From Candidatus Hydrogenedentota bacterium (GTDB taxonomy: Bacteria; Hydrogenedentota; Hydrogenedentia; Hydrogenedentales; SLHB01), in the NCBI GenBank assembly GCA_045863335.1, contig BTVY01000036.1, positions 39,152 to 71,151 on the forward strand: DNA of 32,000 bases. The letters run 5' to 3'. This document shows, piece by piece, positions 15,501 through 22,393 of the stretch. A model generated the notes under the pieces. The model saw only the letters and a program-made list of their open reading frames with translations. It made no database searches and was not told the DNA's origin. Made by a program: the position numbers and the translations under genes. The first letter of the stretch is position 1; each line of letters begins with the position of its first letter.

Positions 15501-16321
15501 GGCAGATTCACGTTGATAGCGGTCGCCCGCTTGTCGGCGCCGCGGCCTTGGCGCAACGTTTTGGCGAGTTAGGTCGCGCTGATCTCCAGGATACAATCGC
15601 GGAGAGCCTTCTGCGGCGCGCCAACTGGCGCGACTTTGGGTGGGTCGATGCGGGGATACCGAGGGTGGCATGGTTACTGGCTAACATTCCGAGCACAGCG
15701 ACTGAAGCTGTACCCCATTTCATCGACGCCATCTGCACAAGGAATTGGTTGAGACGTCAATACAAATATGGAGCGACTGGGCCGATTGCTGGCGGCCTCA
15801 GGGAACTGGCGATGCATCAGCCGCCTGAGATTTGTCAGAGGTTTCATGATTGGAGTTTGGGCCTTCGTTTGAAGCAGGAACTCGAAGAGTTTGCCAATAC
15901 CACTCCGGAGAAGCGGCACCTTACCGTGCAACTTCTGGGTTCCAGCCAACTCGCCGGCTTCCGAATACCACGGGAGTGGCTGCACGGTTTACCCATGGAC
16001 ACTATGGGGCAGCTACCGCTCGCTGCTCTGCCGCATCGTCCCGACGCAATGAAAGTCGAAGACTGGCAATTCAATCTCTGGCTCGGGTTGCGTGTCGTTG
16101 CGTCTTTTGGTTACGCATCCCTTCTAGTCTCCCCTGACGTCGTCGCTGAAACGCTCCGGCTTTGGCAGCTGAATTTGGCAGAGACTTCCGCCACACCGAC
16201 GGCAACTGCCAATAGGGTGAACGCGAGCATGGTTGCGTGGCTCGAAGAATGCGTTGCAACAAGAGATGGAGAACTTGCTCCAAACCAACAGCGGCTGTGG
16301 GAGCTATCAGGCTTCCCGTAG
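12599..16321 (+). CDS. STAND-type P-loop NTPase with N-terminal DUF4062 domain and C-terminal alpha-helical repeat array
   Basis: ATG at 12599 inside track ORF 12572 (TTG)..16321. The N-terminus is a very good DUF4062 pattern: RVAMISSTMLDLPNHRKKVKDACL..PMMMENLP..VYIGVFAHRYGHVP..SITELEFDRALERKIPILVFI. P-loop: LDAASVGKTTLSLRLA. Walker B-like: FLILDNIHH. About 10 repeats of 42-45 aa follow (..FLATA...ER.TLV.TLWDKLE.....L..RA.E.SL..). Confidence 0.8.
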   Translation: MTEVKPRVAMISSTMLDLPNHRKKVKDACLSRNILPMMMENLPSSDVEAVQVSQEMVEQANVYIGVFAHRYGHVPDGYDVSITELEFDRALERKIPILVFIMHEKYRILPGTVESGAKSKLDSLKKRACDGRVCRTFKSPESLKAEVINALADLERRETTAGLPIASECYPFELLSPDCRLVRAPDSSPDNPFPSWQEYVEQKVPKLKADEIIQERLRLHGWASVLDAASVGKTTLSLRLASAPERRDNPSYYFDLASIAAMDEGSYPLAALRRLAQPGTFLILDNIHHQPELARELWTLWRALAKGSQLLLLATDIFRPVLTAPVQDLAFFKSHSENPSIALRPEPEDLWHIVQYLHERLAGKSHGALPNPPAHVLTRWHRDFRCALGAFCIWAIAGMSEFRQGCWNVSLEATAEWVRRKWLSGLPKLERENLECLAVFGAQEFEIQVPSNALPHPRKLEKLFARDLVSRTQRGGLNPYNSYALREPSWGQLIIAALDAPPDEEAVIFDAALRDPITASILTSRLRSLGRIEYTARLWEHLAKQPILFATRATKVKLELWIHLLRAARDQDKAELAERLWNAWESEPEALLKRAWEAQLHSLAAFVDSAEKHGRETLATLLWEKLEERRDELCERAMETSLEQSAIFLAMARKHGHATLAVALWDAVEKQPNELAKRAVETSLASTARFLATAMAHERFTLVATLWDKLEELEKDDDELSKRVMESPLDATARFLATAMAHERFTLVATLWDKLEELEKDDDELSKRVMESPLDAAAHFLAMVAKGRATLATTLWDKLEKQPDALAQRALETSLEKLAGFLATAKDQERATLVATLWNKLEKHADALADRALEISLEHLAYFLATARNHERATLVETLWDKLEKQPDALAQRALETSLEKLAGFLATAKDQERATLVETLCRSLEEQPAKLASRAREMNTASLAGFLINAPETLAKCAITGFTQADWQIHVDSGRPLVGAAALAQRFGELGRADLQDTIAESLLRRANWRDFGWVDAGIPRVAWLLANIPSTATEAVPHFIDAICTRNWLRRQYKYGATGPIAGGLRELAMHQPPEICQRFHDWSLGLRLKQELEEFANTTPEKRHLTVQLLGSSQLAGFRIPREWLHGLPMDTMGQLPLAALPHRPDAMKVEDWQFNLWLGLRVVASFGYASLLVSPDVVAETLRLWQLNLAETSATPTATANRVNASMVAWLEECVATRDGELAPNQQRLWELSGFP
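14200..15440 (+). repeat. Intragenic tandem array of ~126-135 bp (42-45 codon) units, with near-identical and identical copies
   Basis: 14655-14791 is identical to 14790-14926 (135-bp period, perfect). 14977-15111 matches 15229-15363 at a 252-nt offset with 2 mismatches (14993/15245 and 15102/15354). The other units are diverged at DNA level but share the LW.KLE / FLA.A pattern. Confidence 0.95.
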
Positions 16322-16402
16322 CGCCAAGATCCGCCGTTTATCGCTTCACTTCATTTGGCGAAAGTATGCAATCCGGAGGATTGACAGGATCGAGAGGGAA
16401 CC

Positions 16403-17119
16403 ATGGCCCGTAGTTCCACGAGACATACGATTCTGCCTATGCTCTCACATCGGTTCGTGCTGCGGAGGCATACGGAGTATGTCCTGAGTCTGGCGATGTC
16501 GGGGGATGGGCGGCGTTTGGTGAGCGGGGCGATGGACGAGACGGTGCGAGTTTGGGACGCCGGCACCGGCCGGAAGGTGGTGGTGCTTCGTAGTCAGTTG
16601 GTGTTATGCGTTGCGATTTCGCCGGATGGGCGGCGCATCTTCATCGGCAGTAAGGCGGGAACGATCCGCGTGCGGGACGCGGAAACGGGCGAACGGCTCG
16701 CGACGATGCGGGGGCATCGCACTGGTATCTACAACATGTTCTTCCAGAACGGAGACCGGGAGCTGGTGACGTGGGACGTAAATGACGAATCGCGGGTTTG
16801 GGATGCCGCGACCGGCGAATGCCTGGCGTCGGGGCAGCTTCCCGGCACGATGTGGGTCGGCCCGAATGTGCCAGAGGATTGCCCCTATCAATTTACCGAT
16901 CGCGGACAACCCACTGTCATTAGTGACGCCGCCACGGGCGAACCCATAGCCGTGGTCGACCAATCCTTCTCGAGTATTGCCGCCTCGAATACCGGCCGCT
17001 GGGCGGGATCGAACGGTTCGGAGATCTACGTCTTCGACATGGCTGACATCGGCGCGTGCGGCGAGGCTGCGCCGCGAACGTCTGTTCTCCGAGTTCGGCA
17101 TTGGTTACCGAGGCGATGA
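16403..17119 (+). CDS. Short stand-alone WD40-repeat protein (about 4-5 blades)
   Basis: ATG with GAGAGGGAA RBS, 81 nt after the STAND gene. Repeats: HTEYVLSLAMSGDGRRLVSGAMDETVRVWDAGTG, VLCVAISPDGRRIFIGSKAGTIRVRDAETG, GHRTGIYNMFFQ..DRELVTWDVNDESRVWDAATG. Confidence 0.8.
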   Translation: MARSSTRHTILPMLSHRFVLRRHTEYVLSLAMSGDGRRLVSGAMDETVRVWDAGTGRKVVVLRSQLVLCVAISPDGRRIFIGSKAGTIRVRDAETGERLATMRGHRTGIYNMFFQNGDRELVTWDVNDESRVWDAATGECLASGQLPGTMWVGPNVPEDCPYQFTDRGQPTVISDAATGEPIAVVDQSFSSIAASNTGRWAGSNGSEIYVFDMADIGACGEAAPRTSVLRVRHWLPRR

Positions 17120-17438
17120 CGACAGCGTTGGCCAATTTCTTCGGCCAGTTCGCGCGTTGTCGCGTGCAGCCGGGGATTCGTGGGGCGTCGCACAACTGCC
17201 TTCTGGACTTTCCTGCGGGAGGACAAATACGTATACTGTTTGAGCCAGGGACGCGTAAGCGCCGATGCGGTGCGCGCCAGGGTGGCGCTTGGCTCTGATT
17301 CGGGAACACGGACGGCGGAGTTGGACAAACTGGCTGTGGATTCAGTCTGGATTTGCGTACATGCTGGGCCGGGTGTTGCCCATGCCCGTCGGCCCTGATT
17401 TGTTGTGGTCGCGTCCAGCGTCTGCCCTTGCCTGTGCG

Positions 17439-17469
17439 TTGGGACAACAGAACGTCCTCATGCTATACT
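17439..17469 (+). promoter_or_regulatory. Candidate sigma-70-type promoter (TTGGGA-N19-TGcTATACT)
   Basis: TTGGGA at 17439-17444 and extended -10 tgcTATACT at 17461-17469, about 165 nt upstream of the bactofilin ORF. The 19-nt spacer is long. Confidence 0.3.
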
Positions 17470-17633
17470 CGGTTTACCGGAAGTTAGTCACGCGGGAGGA
17501 GAGCAGGGAGTACCCTGCAAATCCCCCCGGGCGCGTCGAAAGCAACGTGTAAGTCTGCGTGAGTCCTTTACTTGTGGCGCGAATCGCCGGCGTGTGCAGC
17601 CGATTTCGCTAACCGACTTGGATACTTTTAAAC

Positions 17634-18380
17634 GTGCTAGACCGGTCCAAACCCAATCGCAATCCCAATCCCTCGACCCCGCAACCGAAGCCTGCTCCGC
17701 CGCCGCAACAGATCCCAGACACCTATGAGGCCTTGGAAGAGGCCGGCAAGAGCGGGGGCCTATTCGGCCGCATGAATCAGGCATTCCAGGAGGCGCTGCA
17801 CACCAGTCGCGGTCCTGGGCGCACGCGCGACGCGGTGGAAGAAGCGGGGGACAGCCCCTCGATAACGGCCGACGACCTGGCCATTCGTCGCGCGCGCAAT
17901 GTGAAACTCCAGCGCATGGTCGTGCCGGAAGGCGTGATCATTGAAGGCAATATGACCAGCGGTTCCGAGACGGAAATCGCGGGGAAGATCGAAGGCAACG
18001 TCACCGTCGAGGGGCGGCTCTACCTGGCGCCCAGCGCACTGGTGTCCGGGAACGTCCGAGCCACGTCATGTCGCGTGGACGGGTTGGTCGAAGGACGTGT
18101 CGAGTGCACTCAGGAACTCGAGTTGGGGAAGACCGGCCGTCTGAGCGCGGACGCCTTGGGCGGCAAGGAAGTGATCATTGGGGGTCAGATATTCGGAGAT
18201 GTGTCCACGGGAGGGGTCGCGCGGCTCCTCGCCACGGCAAAGGTGAACGGCAATATTCGCACGCGGCGCGTTGTTATTGAGGAAGGCGCGTTGTTCAACG
18301 GGTCCTGCACCATGCGGACCCCGGCGCAGCGTAGCGAGAAACAACCGGAAAAGCCGCAGCATGATAGCGCGGGAAGTTGA
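17634..18380 (+). CDS. Bactofilin (DUF583) cytoskeletal protein with Pro-rich N-terminal tail
   Basis: The repetitive beta-helix pattern is typical of bactofilins: IIEGNMTSGSETEIAGKIEGNVTVEGRLYLAPSALVSGNVRATSCRVDGLVEGRVECTQELELGKTGRLSADALGGKEVIIGGQIFGDVST..ARLLATAKVNGNIRTRRVVIEEGALFNGSCTM. The start is uncertain (GTG 17634 or ATG about 17772). Confidence 0.85.
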   Translation: MLDRSKPNRNPNPSTPQPKPAPPPQQIPDTYEALEEAGKSGGLFGRMNQAFQEALHTSRGPGRTRDAVEEAGDSPSITADDLAIRRARNVKLQRMVVPEGVIIEGNMTSGSETEIAGKIEGNVTVEGRLYLAPSALVSGNVRATSCRVDGLVEGRVECTQELELGKTGRLSADALGGKEVIIGGQIFGDVSTGGVARLLATAKVNGNIRTRRVVIEEGALFNGSCTMRTPAQRSEKQPEKPQHDSAGS

Positions 18381-18393
18381 GGAGTAACAAGCC

Positions 18394-19125
18394 GTGCCTG
18401 TCCCGATGTATTTCGATTGGACCCTGATTCTGCTTATCCCCGGCGTCATCCTGTCGCTCTGGGCCCAGTTCAAAGTGAAGTCTACGTACGAGAAGTATTC
18501 GCAGGTCGCCACGCGTTCCGGACTGACCGGCGCGCAGGTGGCGCAGTTGGTCATGGAAAACGCCGAGGTGAAAACCTCCGGCGGCACCCTTCAGCCGGCC
18601 TACGCGACCGGTATTTCGTGCCCGATTAATATGGTCCCCGGACAATTGACGGACCACTACGATCCGCGCAACCGGACCTTGAACCTGTCCGAGGGCGTGT
18701 ACCACGGGCGCAGTGTCGCGGCCCTGGGCGTAGCGGCCCACGAAGTGGGCCATGCGATCCAGCATGCCAACGCGTATTCCGCGCTCATGTGGCGCAACGC
18801 CATTTATCCCATGACCAGCATCAGTTCAACGCTGTCGTGGCCTTTGCTGATCGGCGGACTGTTTTTCGGCATTTCGCCGCTGCTCCACATCGGCATCGCG
18901 CTCTTTTCCGTGGCAGTGTTGTTCACCGTGATCACCTTGCCGGTCGAGTTCGACGCGAGCAAACGGGCCATTCGGGCCCTCGCCCATGGCGGGTATCTGA
19001 CGGACGATGAAATCGTCGGCGCGCGGAGGGTGTTGAACGCAGCCGCATGGACCTACGTCGCTGCCGCGGCCATGGCCGTGTTGCAGTTGCTTCGTCTCAT
19101 TCTGATTGCGCGGGGCCGCGATTAG
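18394..19125 (+). CDS. YugP-like membrane zinc metallopeptidase (Zn_peptidase_2 family)
   Basis: MYFDWTLILLIPGVILSLWAQFKVKSTYEKYS N-terminus, HExxH (AAHEVGHAIQH), C-terminal TM helices and VEFDASKRA. GTG at 18394 has GAGGAG 9 nt upstream; ATG at 18406 is the alternative start. Confidence 0.85.
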   Translation: MPVPMYFDWTLILLIPGVILSLWAQFKVKSTYEKYSQVATRSGLTGAQVAQLVMENAEVKTSGGTLQPAYATGISCPINMVPGQLTDHYDPRNRTLNLSEGVYHGRSVAALGVAAHEVGHAIQHANAYSALMWRNAIYPMTSISSTLSWPLLIGGLFFGISPLLHIGIALFSVAVLFTVITLPVEFDASKRAIRALAHGGYLTDDEIVGARRVLNAAAWTYVAAAAMAVLQLLRLILIARGRD

Positions 19126-19200
19126 TTCCTTCGTGCGAATCGTACCGAAGCGGGTACATTGATACAGCTTAGTTGGGTTTTCCGGAGGCAGTGAGCAGTC

Positions 19201-20310
19201 ATGTCCGGCATCGGCGCCGCAATAGCAATCGCGCTGATTTCGTTGGCGCCGGATACCGCGCTTCGCGAAATGCGCGGCGAAGGACACGCCGCCGGGTTGG
19301 GCCCGGCTGCCCGCGCGGAAGCCATTCGCAACGCCCAGACCGCGATCGTCATCCAACGCCTGGAAGCGCTGGCGCCCACGCGCGACTTCACCGTATTCGC
19401 TCCCGTGATCGAGGGTTCTGAGCGATTCGTTCCGAGCTATCGCGTCCTGAGCGAGGAAGCAACGGATGCCACAACCCACGTCGAGATCGCCGGCGAGTTG
19501 CTTGACGCGCAACTGAAGCATGACGCCGCGAGACTGATTCTCGACAGCCACGTGGACAAGCCAAGAGTCATACTCCTTATCAGCGAGCGTATCTCGCCTG
19601 GCACGCCCCGCTCGTTCCGAGAGGAAGGCGTTGCGGAAGCGGCCCTTGCGGAGAAGCTTTCGGAAGCGAAGTTTGACGTGATCGATTCACGTGACCTCAT
19701 TGCCGTCCAAACGGAGGACGAGTTACAGCAGTTCGTCGGCGGTAGCCCAAACCTGGCGAGCCAACTCGCGCGACGGGAACTTGCCGATGTGGCCATACTC
19801 GGTTCGGCCGTCTCCTTCATGGAGGCCAGCGATTCGCGCGACGCGGGCCTGCACCGGCACCGCGCGGAACTGGACCTTCGCGTCATTCGCGCCGCAGACG
19901 GCATCGTACTGGAAGAGTCTAAAGCCGAAGCGGAATTGATCAGCGTCGACCCGCAACAAGGCGGCGAGCTGTCGGTCCGGGACGCATGCGACAAGGCTGT
20001 GAACGCCATCATCGATGCGGCCGCCCTCGGACTTCTGGGTGGCGCTCCCCGCGGTCAGATCTACCTCACGATCGAGGGCCTGTCCGGCAACACGCAACTC
20101 GACCAAATCCTCGAACACATCAAGGGCGTGCCCGGGGTGGAATCGGTGGAGGAAATGTACACGTCAGCGGAAATGGCGCGCATGGCGATCGCCTATTCCG
20201 GTCCCATGGGACCCTTCGTAGACGCGCTTTCCGCCGACCGTTACGATGGCTACACGTTGCACACCGAAAGCGTCGTCAACCGCGACATGACGGTTAGCGT
20301 TCGTCAGTAA
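19201..20310 (+). CDS. Hypothetical protein (possible exported protein), no family recognised
   Basis: Long ORF with protein-like composition and GGAGG 12 nt upstream of the ATG. Hydrophobic N-terminus MSGIGAAIAIALISLAP. Confidence 0.5.
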   Translation: MSGIGAAIAIALISLAPDTALREMRGEGHAAGLGPAARAEAIRNAQTAIVIQRLEALAPTRDFTVFAPVIEGSERFVPSYRVLSEEATDATTHVEIAGELLDAQLKHDAARLILDSHVDKPRVILLISERISPGTPRSFREEGVAEAALAEKLSEAKFDVIDSRDLIAVQTEDELQQFVGGSPNLASQLARRELADVAILGSAVSFMEASDSRDAGLHRHRAELDLRVIRAADGIVLEESKAEAELISVDPQQGGELSVRDACDKAVNAIIDAAALGLLGGAPRGQIYLTIEGLSGNTQLDQILEHIKGVPGVESVEEMYTSAEMARMAIAYSGPMGPFVDALSADRYDGYTLHTESVVNRDMTVSVRQ

Positions 20311-20359
20311 TCCTCCACCCCAAGAGCGGGATTTCCCCGGCGACCTCTAATGCGTTGCG

Positions 20360-20776
20360 TCAATCTCCCGTTACCGTGACTACGACTCGACGGTTGCGCG
20401 GTTTCACGTCGCATTCCAGATGGAAGATCTGTTGCCATGTCCCCAATACCATCTGCCCATTGCGAATTGGAATCGTGACCGACGGCCCTGCCAGACTCGA
20501 CTGGAGATGGCTGTGGCCGTTGCCGTCGTGCCACGCGTGTTCGTGACCGTAATCGCGGCTTGGTGGTATCAGGCGATCTAACATCTCCGGGTAGTCGCCT
20601 TGAAGGCCCGGCTCAAATTCGATGGTGCCGATGGTCGCCGTGCTTCCGATATTGAATACATGCACAAACCCGGTCTGAACGTGAGAGCGGGACACGATGT
20701 TCTCCACTTGCGCCGTGATGTCGTGCATCACGCCGTGTCCGCTTGTACGGATTGACAGGTCGTCCTGAAAGGTCAA
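20360..20776 (-). CDS. yjbQ: YjbQ/UPF0047 family protein (secondary thiamine-phosphate synthase-like)
   Basis: Only the last 138 codons of track ORF 20360..21178 look real. TTG start at 20776 is preceded by AGGAGG plus 7 nt. Family pattern: ..HDITAQVENIV..GFVHVFNIGSTATIGTIEFEPGLQGD..LIPP..YGHEHAWHDGNGHSHLQSSLAGPSVTIPIRNGQMVLGTWQQIFHLECD..PRNRRVVVTVTG. Confidence 0.85.
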   Translation of the reverse strand: MTFQDDLSIRTSGHGVMHDITAQVENIVSRSHVQTGFVHVFNIGSTATIGTIEFEPGLQGDYPEMLDRLIPPSRDYGHEHAWHDGNGHSHLQSSLAGPSVTIPIRNGQMVLGTWQQIFHLECDVKPRNRRVVVTVTGD

Positions 20777-21046
20777 TGTGACACCTCCTGCGTATGACGC
20801 AATGCGCCACCCGCTTCGGAAACGGCACCGCGCCCGCACCGAGCGCCGCCGGCATCTATCCAGCATAGAAAGCAGTCGCGGCTGGTTCAACAGAAAACAA
20901 TGCGGAGCAGAAGTCCAAACGCAGCTATCGTAGCGTCCTGCCTTCCTTGGCGGGCGAAAAGACCCGTCGAGAATCCATGGATTCGGGTCTCGCCCGGCGT
21001 GGAAGCCGGGCGCTACACGACTTGTGCACGAAGCCGAGCCTTCAAC

Positions 21047-21075
21047 TTGGGATACGCTTCGTGGGTCGCTATACT
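21047..21075 (+). promoter_or_regulatory. Candidate sigma-70-type promoter TTGGGA-N17-TATACT, which would make the radical SAM mRNA leaderless or nearly so
   Basis: TTGGGA at 21047-21052 and TATACT at 21070-21075. The ATG at 21084 begins 9 nt after the -10 and has no SD-like sequence in between. Confidence 0.4.
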
Positions 21076-21083
21076 CCCACGCC

Positions 21084-21866
21084 ATGACCGAGAATGGACC
21101 GAAACCTTCGTCCCCGCCCGCGATCGCGGTGGTTTTTCTGCATGCGGCGTGCAACATGACCTGCACGTTTTGCGGCACGGAAAACAGCGTCGACGGCCTG
21201 ACGCCCGATCAGGCGCGCGACACGCTGCGCGTGATTCTGCAGCGCGGCTTTTCCAATGTCGTGCTCGGCGGTGGCGAACCCTTCGTGTGGAAGCACGATG
21301 TAGTGGCATTGGCACGCGAAGCGAAGGGGATGGGGCTGTTCGTGCAAATCGGCACCAACGGAATCGATCTGCCCCACGGGTTTGAGGCGTTGGCGTGTGT
21401 CGATCGCTTCGTCCTTCCACTCGACGGGTACGATGCCGAATCGCACAACGCGGTGCGCATCGCGCGCGACGGCCATTTCCAACTAATCTTGAACCGGTTG
21501 GAGGCCCTGCGCTCGGCCGGGAAATCCGTCACGGTCTCCACGGTAGTTACATCGCGAAACATCGGCGCACTCAATCGAATAGCCCGACAACTCGCGGAGT
21601 ATGCCGAACGCGGTGGCCAGCTCCACGCCTGGCACCTCTACAAGTTCCTGCCCATCGGCCGCGGCGGCCGCGAGTACGCCGACGAACTTGCGATCTCCGA
21701 CGCGGAGTTTATCGACGCATGTACTTCCGTCAAAGCCGCGCATCCGGCGCTGACCATCTACCGCCGCAACGACATGCGCTTCTCCAGGCACGTAGACTTC
21801 TTCTGGTACGAAGGCGGCAAACCTCAAATCGGCAGCGAAGTCTGGGGACAGGGGACGGTCCTGTAA
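21084..21866 (+). CDS. Radical SAM enzyme, subfamily not assignable
   Basis: MTENG.. start inside track ORF 21024..21866. CxxxCxxC cluster motif (AACNMTCTFCG), GGGEPF SAM-binding motif, no SPASM-type C-terminal Cys cluster. Confidence 0.8.
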   Translation: MTENGPKPSSPPAIAVVFLHAACNMTCTFCGTENSVDGLTPDQARDTLRVILQRGFSNVVLGGGEPFVWKHDVVALAREAKGMGLFVQIGTNGIDLPHGFEALACVDRFVLPLDGYDAESHNAVRIARDGHFQLILNRLEALRSAGKSVTVSTVVTSRNIGALNRIARQLAEYAERGGQLHAWHLYKFLPIGRGGREYADELAISDAEFIDACTSVKAAHPALTIYRRNDMRFSRHVDFFWYEGGKPQIGSEVWGQGTVL

Positions 21867-21965
21867 CGCCGCTTCCGGACTGCACCCTTCGGCTCAAACC
21901 TAAACCTGAGTTCCTAGGTCTCAATTCACAATTCATAATTCATAATCCGTCCTCCCTCTTGCAAT

Positions 21966-21986
21966 CTGTATCAAAGTATGATACAG
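21966..21986. promoter_or_regulatory. Perfect palindrome, candidate GntR-type operator
   Basis: CTGTATCA-aagta-TGATACAG: 8-bp arms, 5-nt spacer, with a GT..AC core as in many GntR boxes. It ends 8 nt before the GntR ATG. Confidence 0.45.
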
Positions 21987-21994
21987 TGACCTTG

Positions 21995-22393
21995 ATGATC
22001 ACCATCGACCTCGAAAGTCCCGTTCCCCTGGAGGAACAGCTTACCCAGGAAATCCGCCGGGCTTTGGCCCGTGGCGAGATTGTGCCGGGGGACAACATGC
22101 CCTCCGTTCGGCAGTTGGCCGGTGACCTCGGTATCCACTGGAACACCGTCGCCCGCGCGTACCGGCGGCTCCGCGACGAGGGACTCCTCGTGGTCGGGCG
22201 CGGCCGCGGCGTGTACGTGCGCGAATCGAACCGCCGGCCAGGCAAACCGGCCCCGGAACTTCGGGAGAAGGTCCGGTCTATTCTGCGCGACGCCGTAACC
22301 GAGGCGCGGTTGTCGGGACTCGAATTGGATGCATTCAAAGATCTCGTTTCCCGTGAACTTGAATTCTGGGAAGAAGGGAGGAGTGGCTCATGA
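21995..22393 (+). CDS. Short GntR-family (YtrA/YhcF-like) transcriptional regulator
   Basis: The last 133 codons of track ORF 21395..22393. PLEEQLTQEIRRALARGEIVPGDNMPSVRQLAGDLGIHWNTVARAYRRLRDEGLLVVGRGRGVYV is a classical GntR winged HTH. The short C-terminal helical part fits the YtrA subfamily. Confidence 0.85.
   Translation: MITIDLESPVPLEEQLTQEIRRALARGEIVPGDNMPSVRQLAGDLGIHWNTVARAYRRLRDEGLLVVGRGRGVYVRESNRRPGKPAPELREKVRSILRDAVTEARLSGLELDAFKDLVSRELEFWEEGRSGS

Noticed and set aside
14487-15556. 309-aa plus ORF and 341-aa minus ORF running through the STAND repeat array
   Set aside because: They are alternative-frame products of the tandem repeats (W/R-rich periodic nonsense). The STAND frame is continuous for about 1240 codons with real motifs.
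20777-21994. Long N-terminal extensions of track ORFs 20360..21178 (YjbQ) and 21395..22393 (GntR), plus ORFs 20900..21385 and 21013..21420
   Set aside because: The family-typical protein lengths (about 138 aa and about 132 aa) start at internal starts, with an RBS/operator for each. The extended parts are Arg-rich and overlap other genes.
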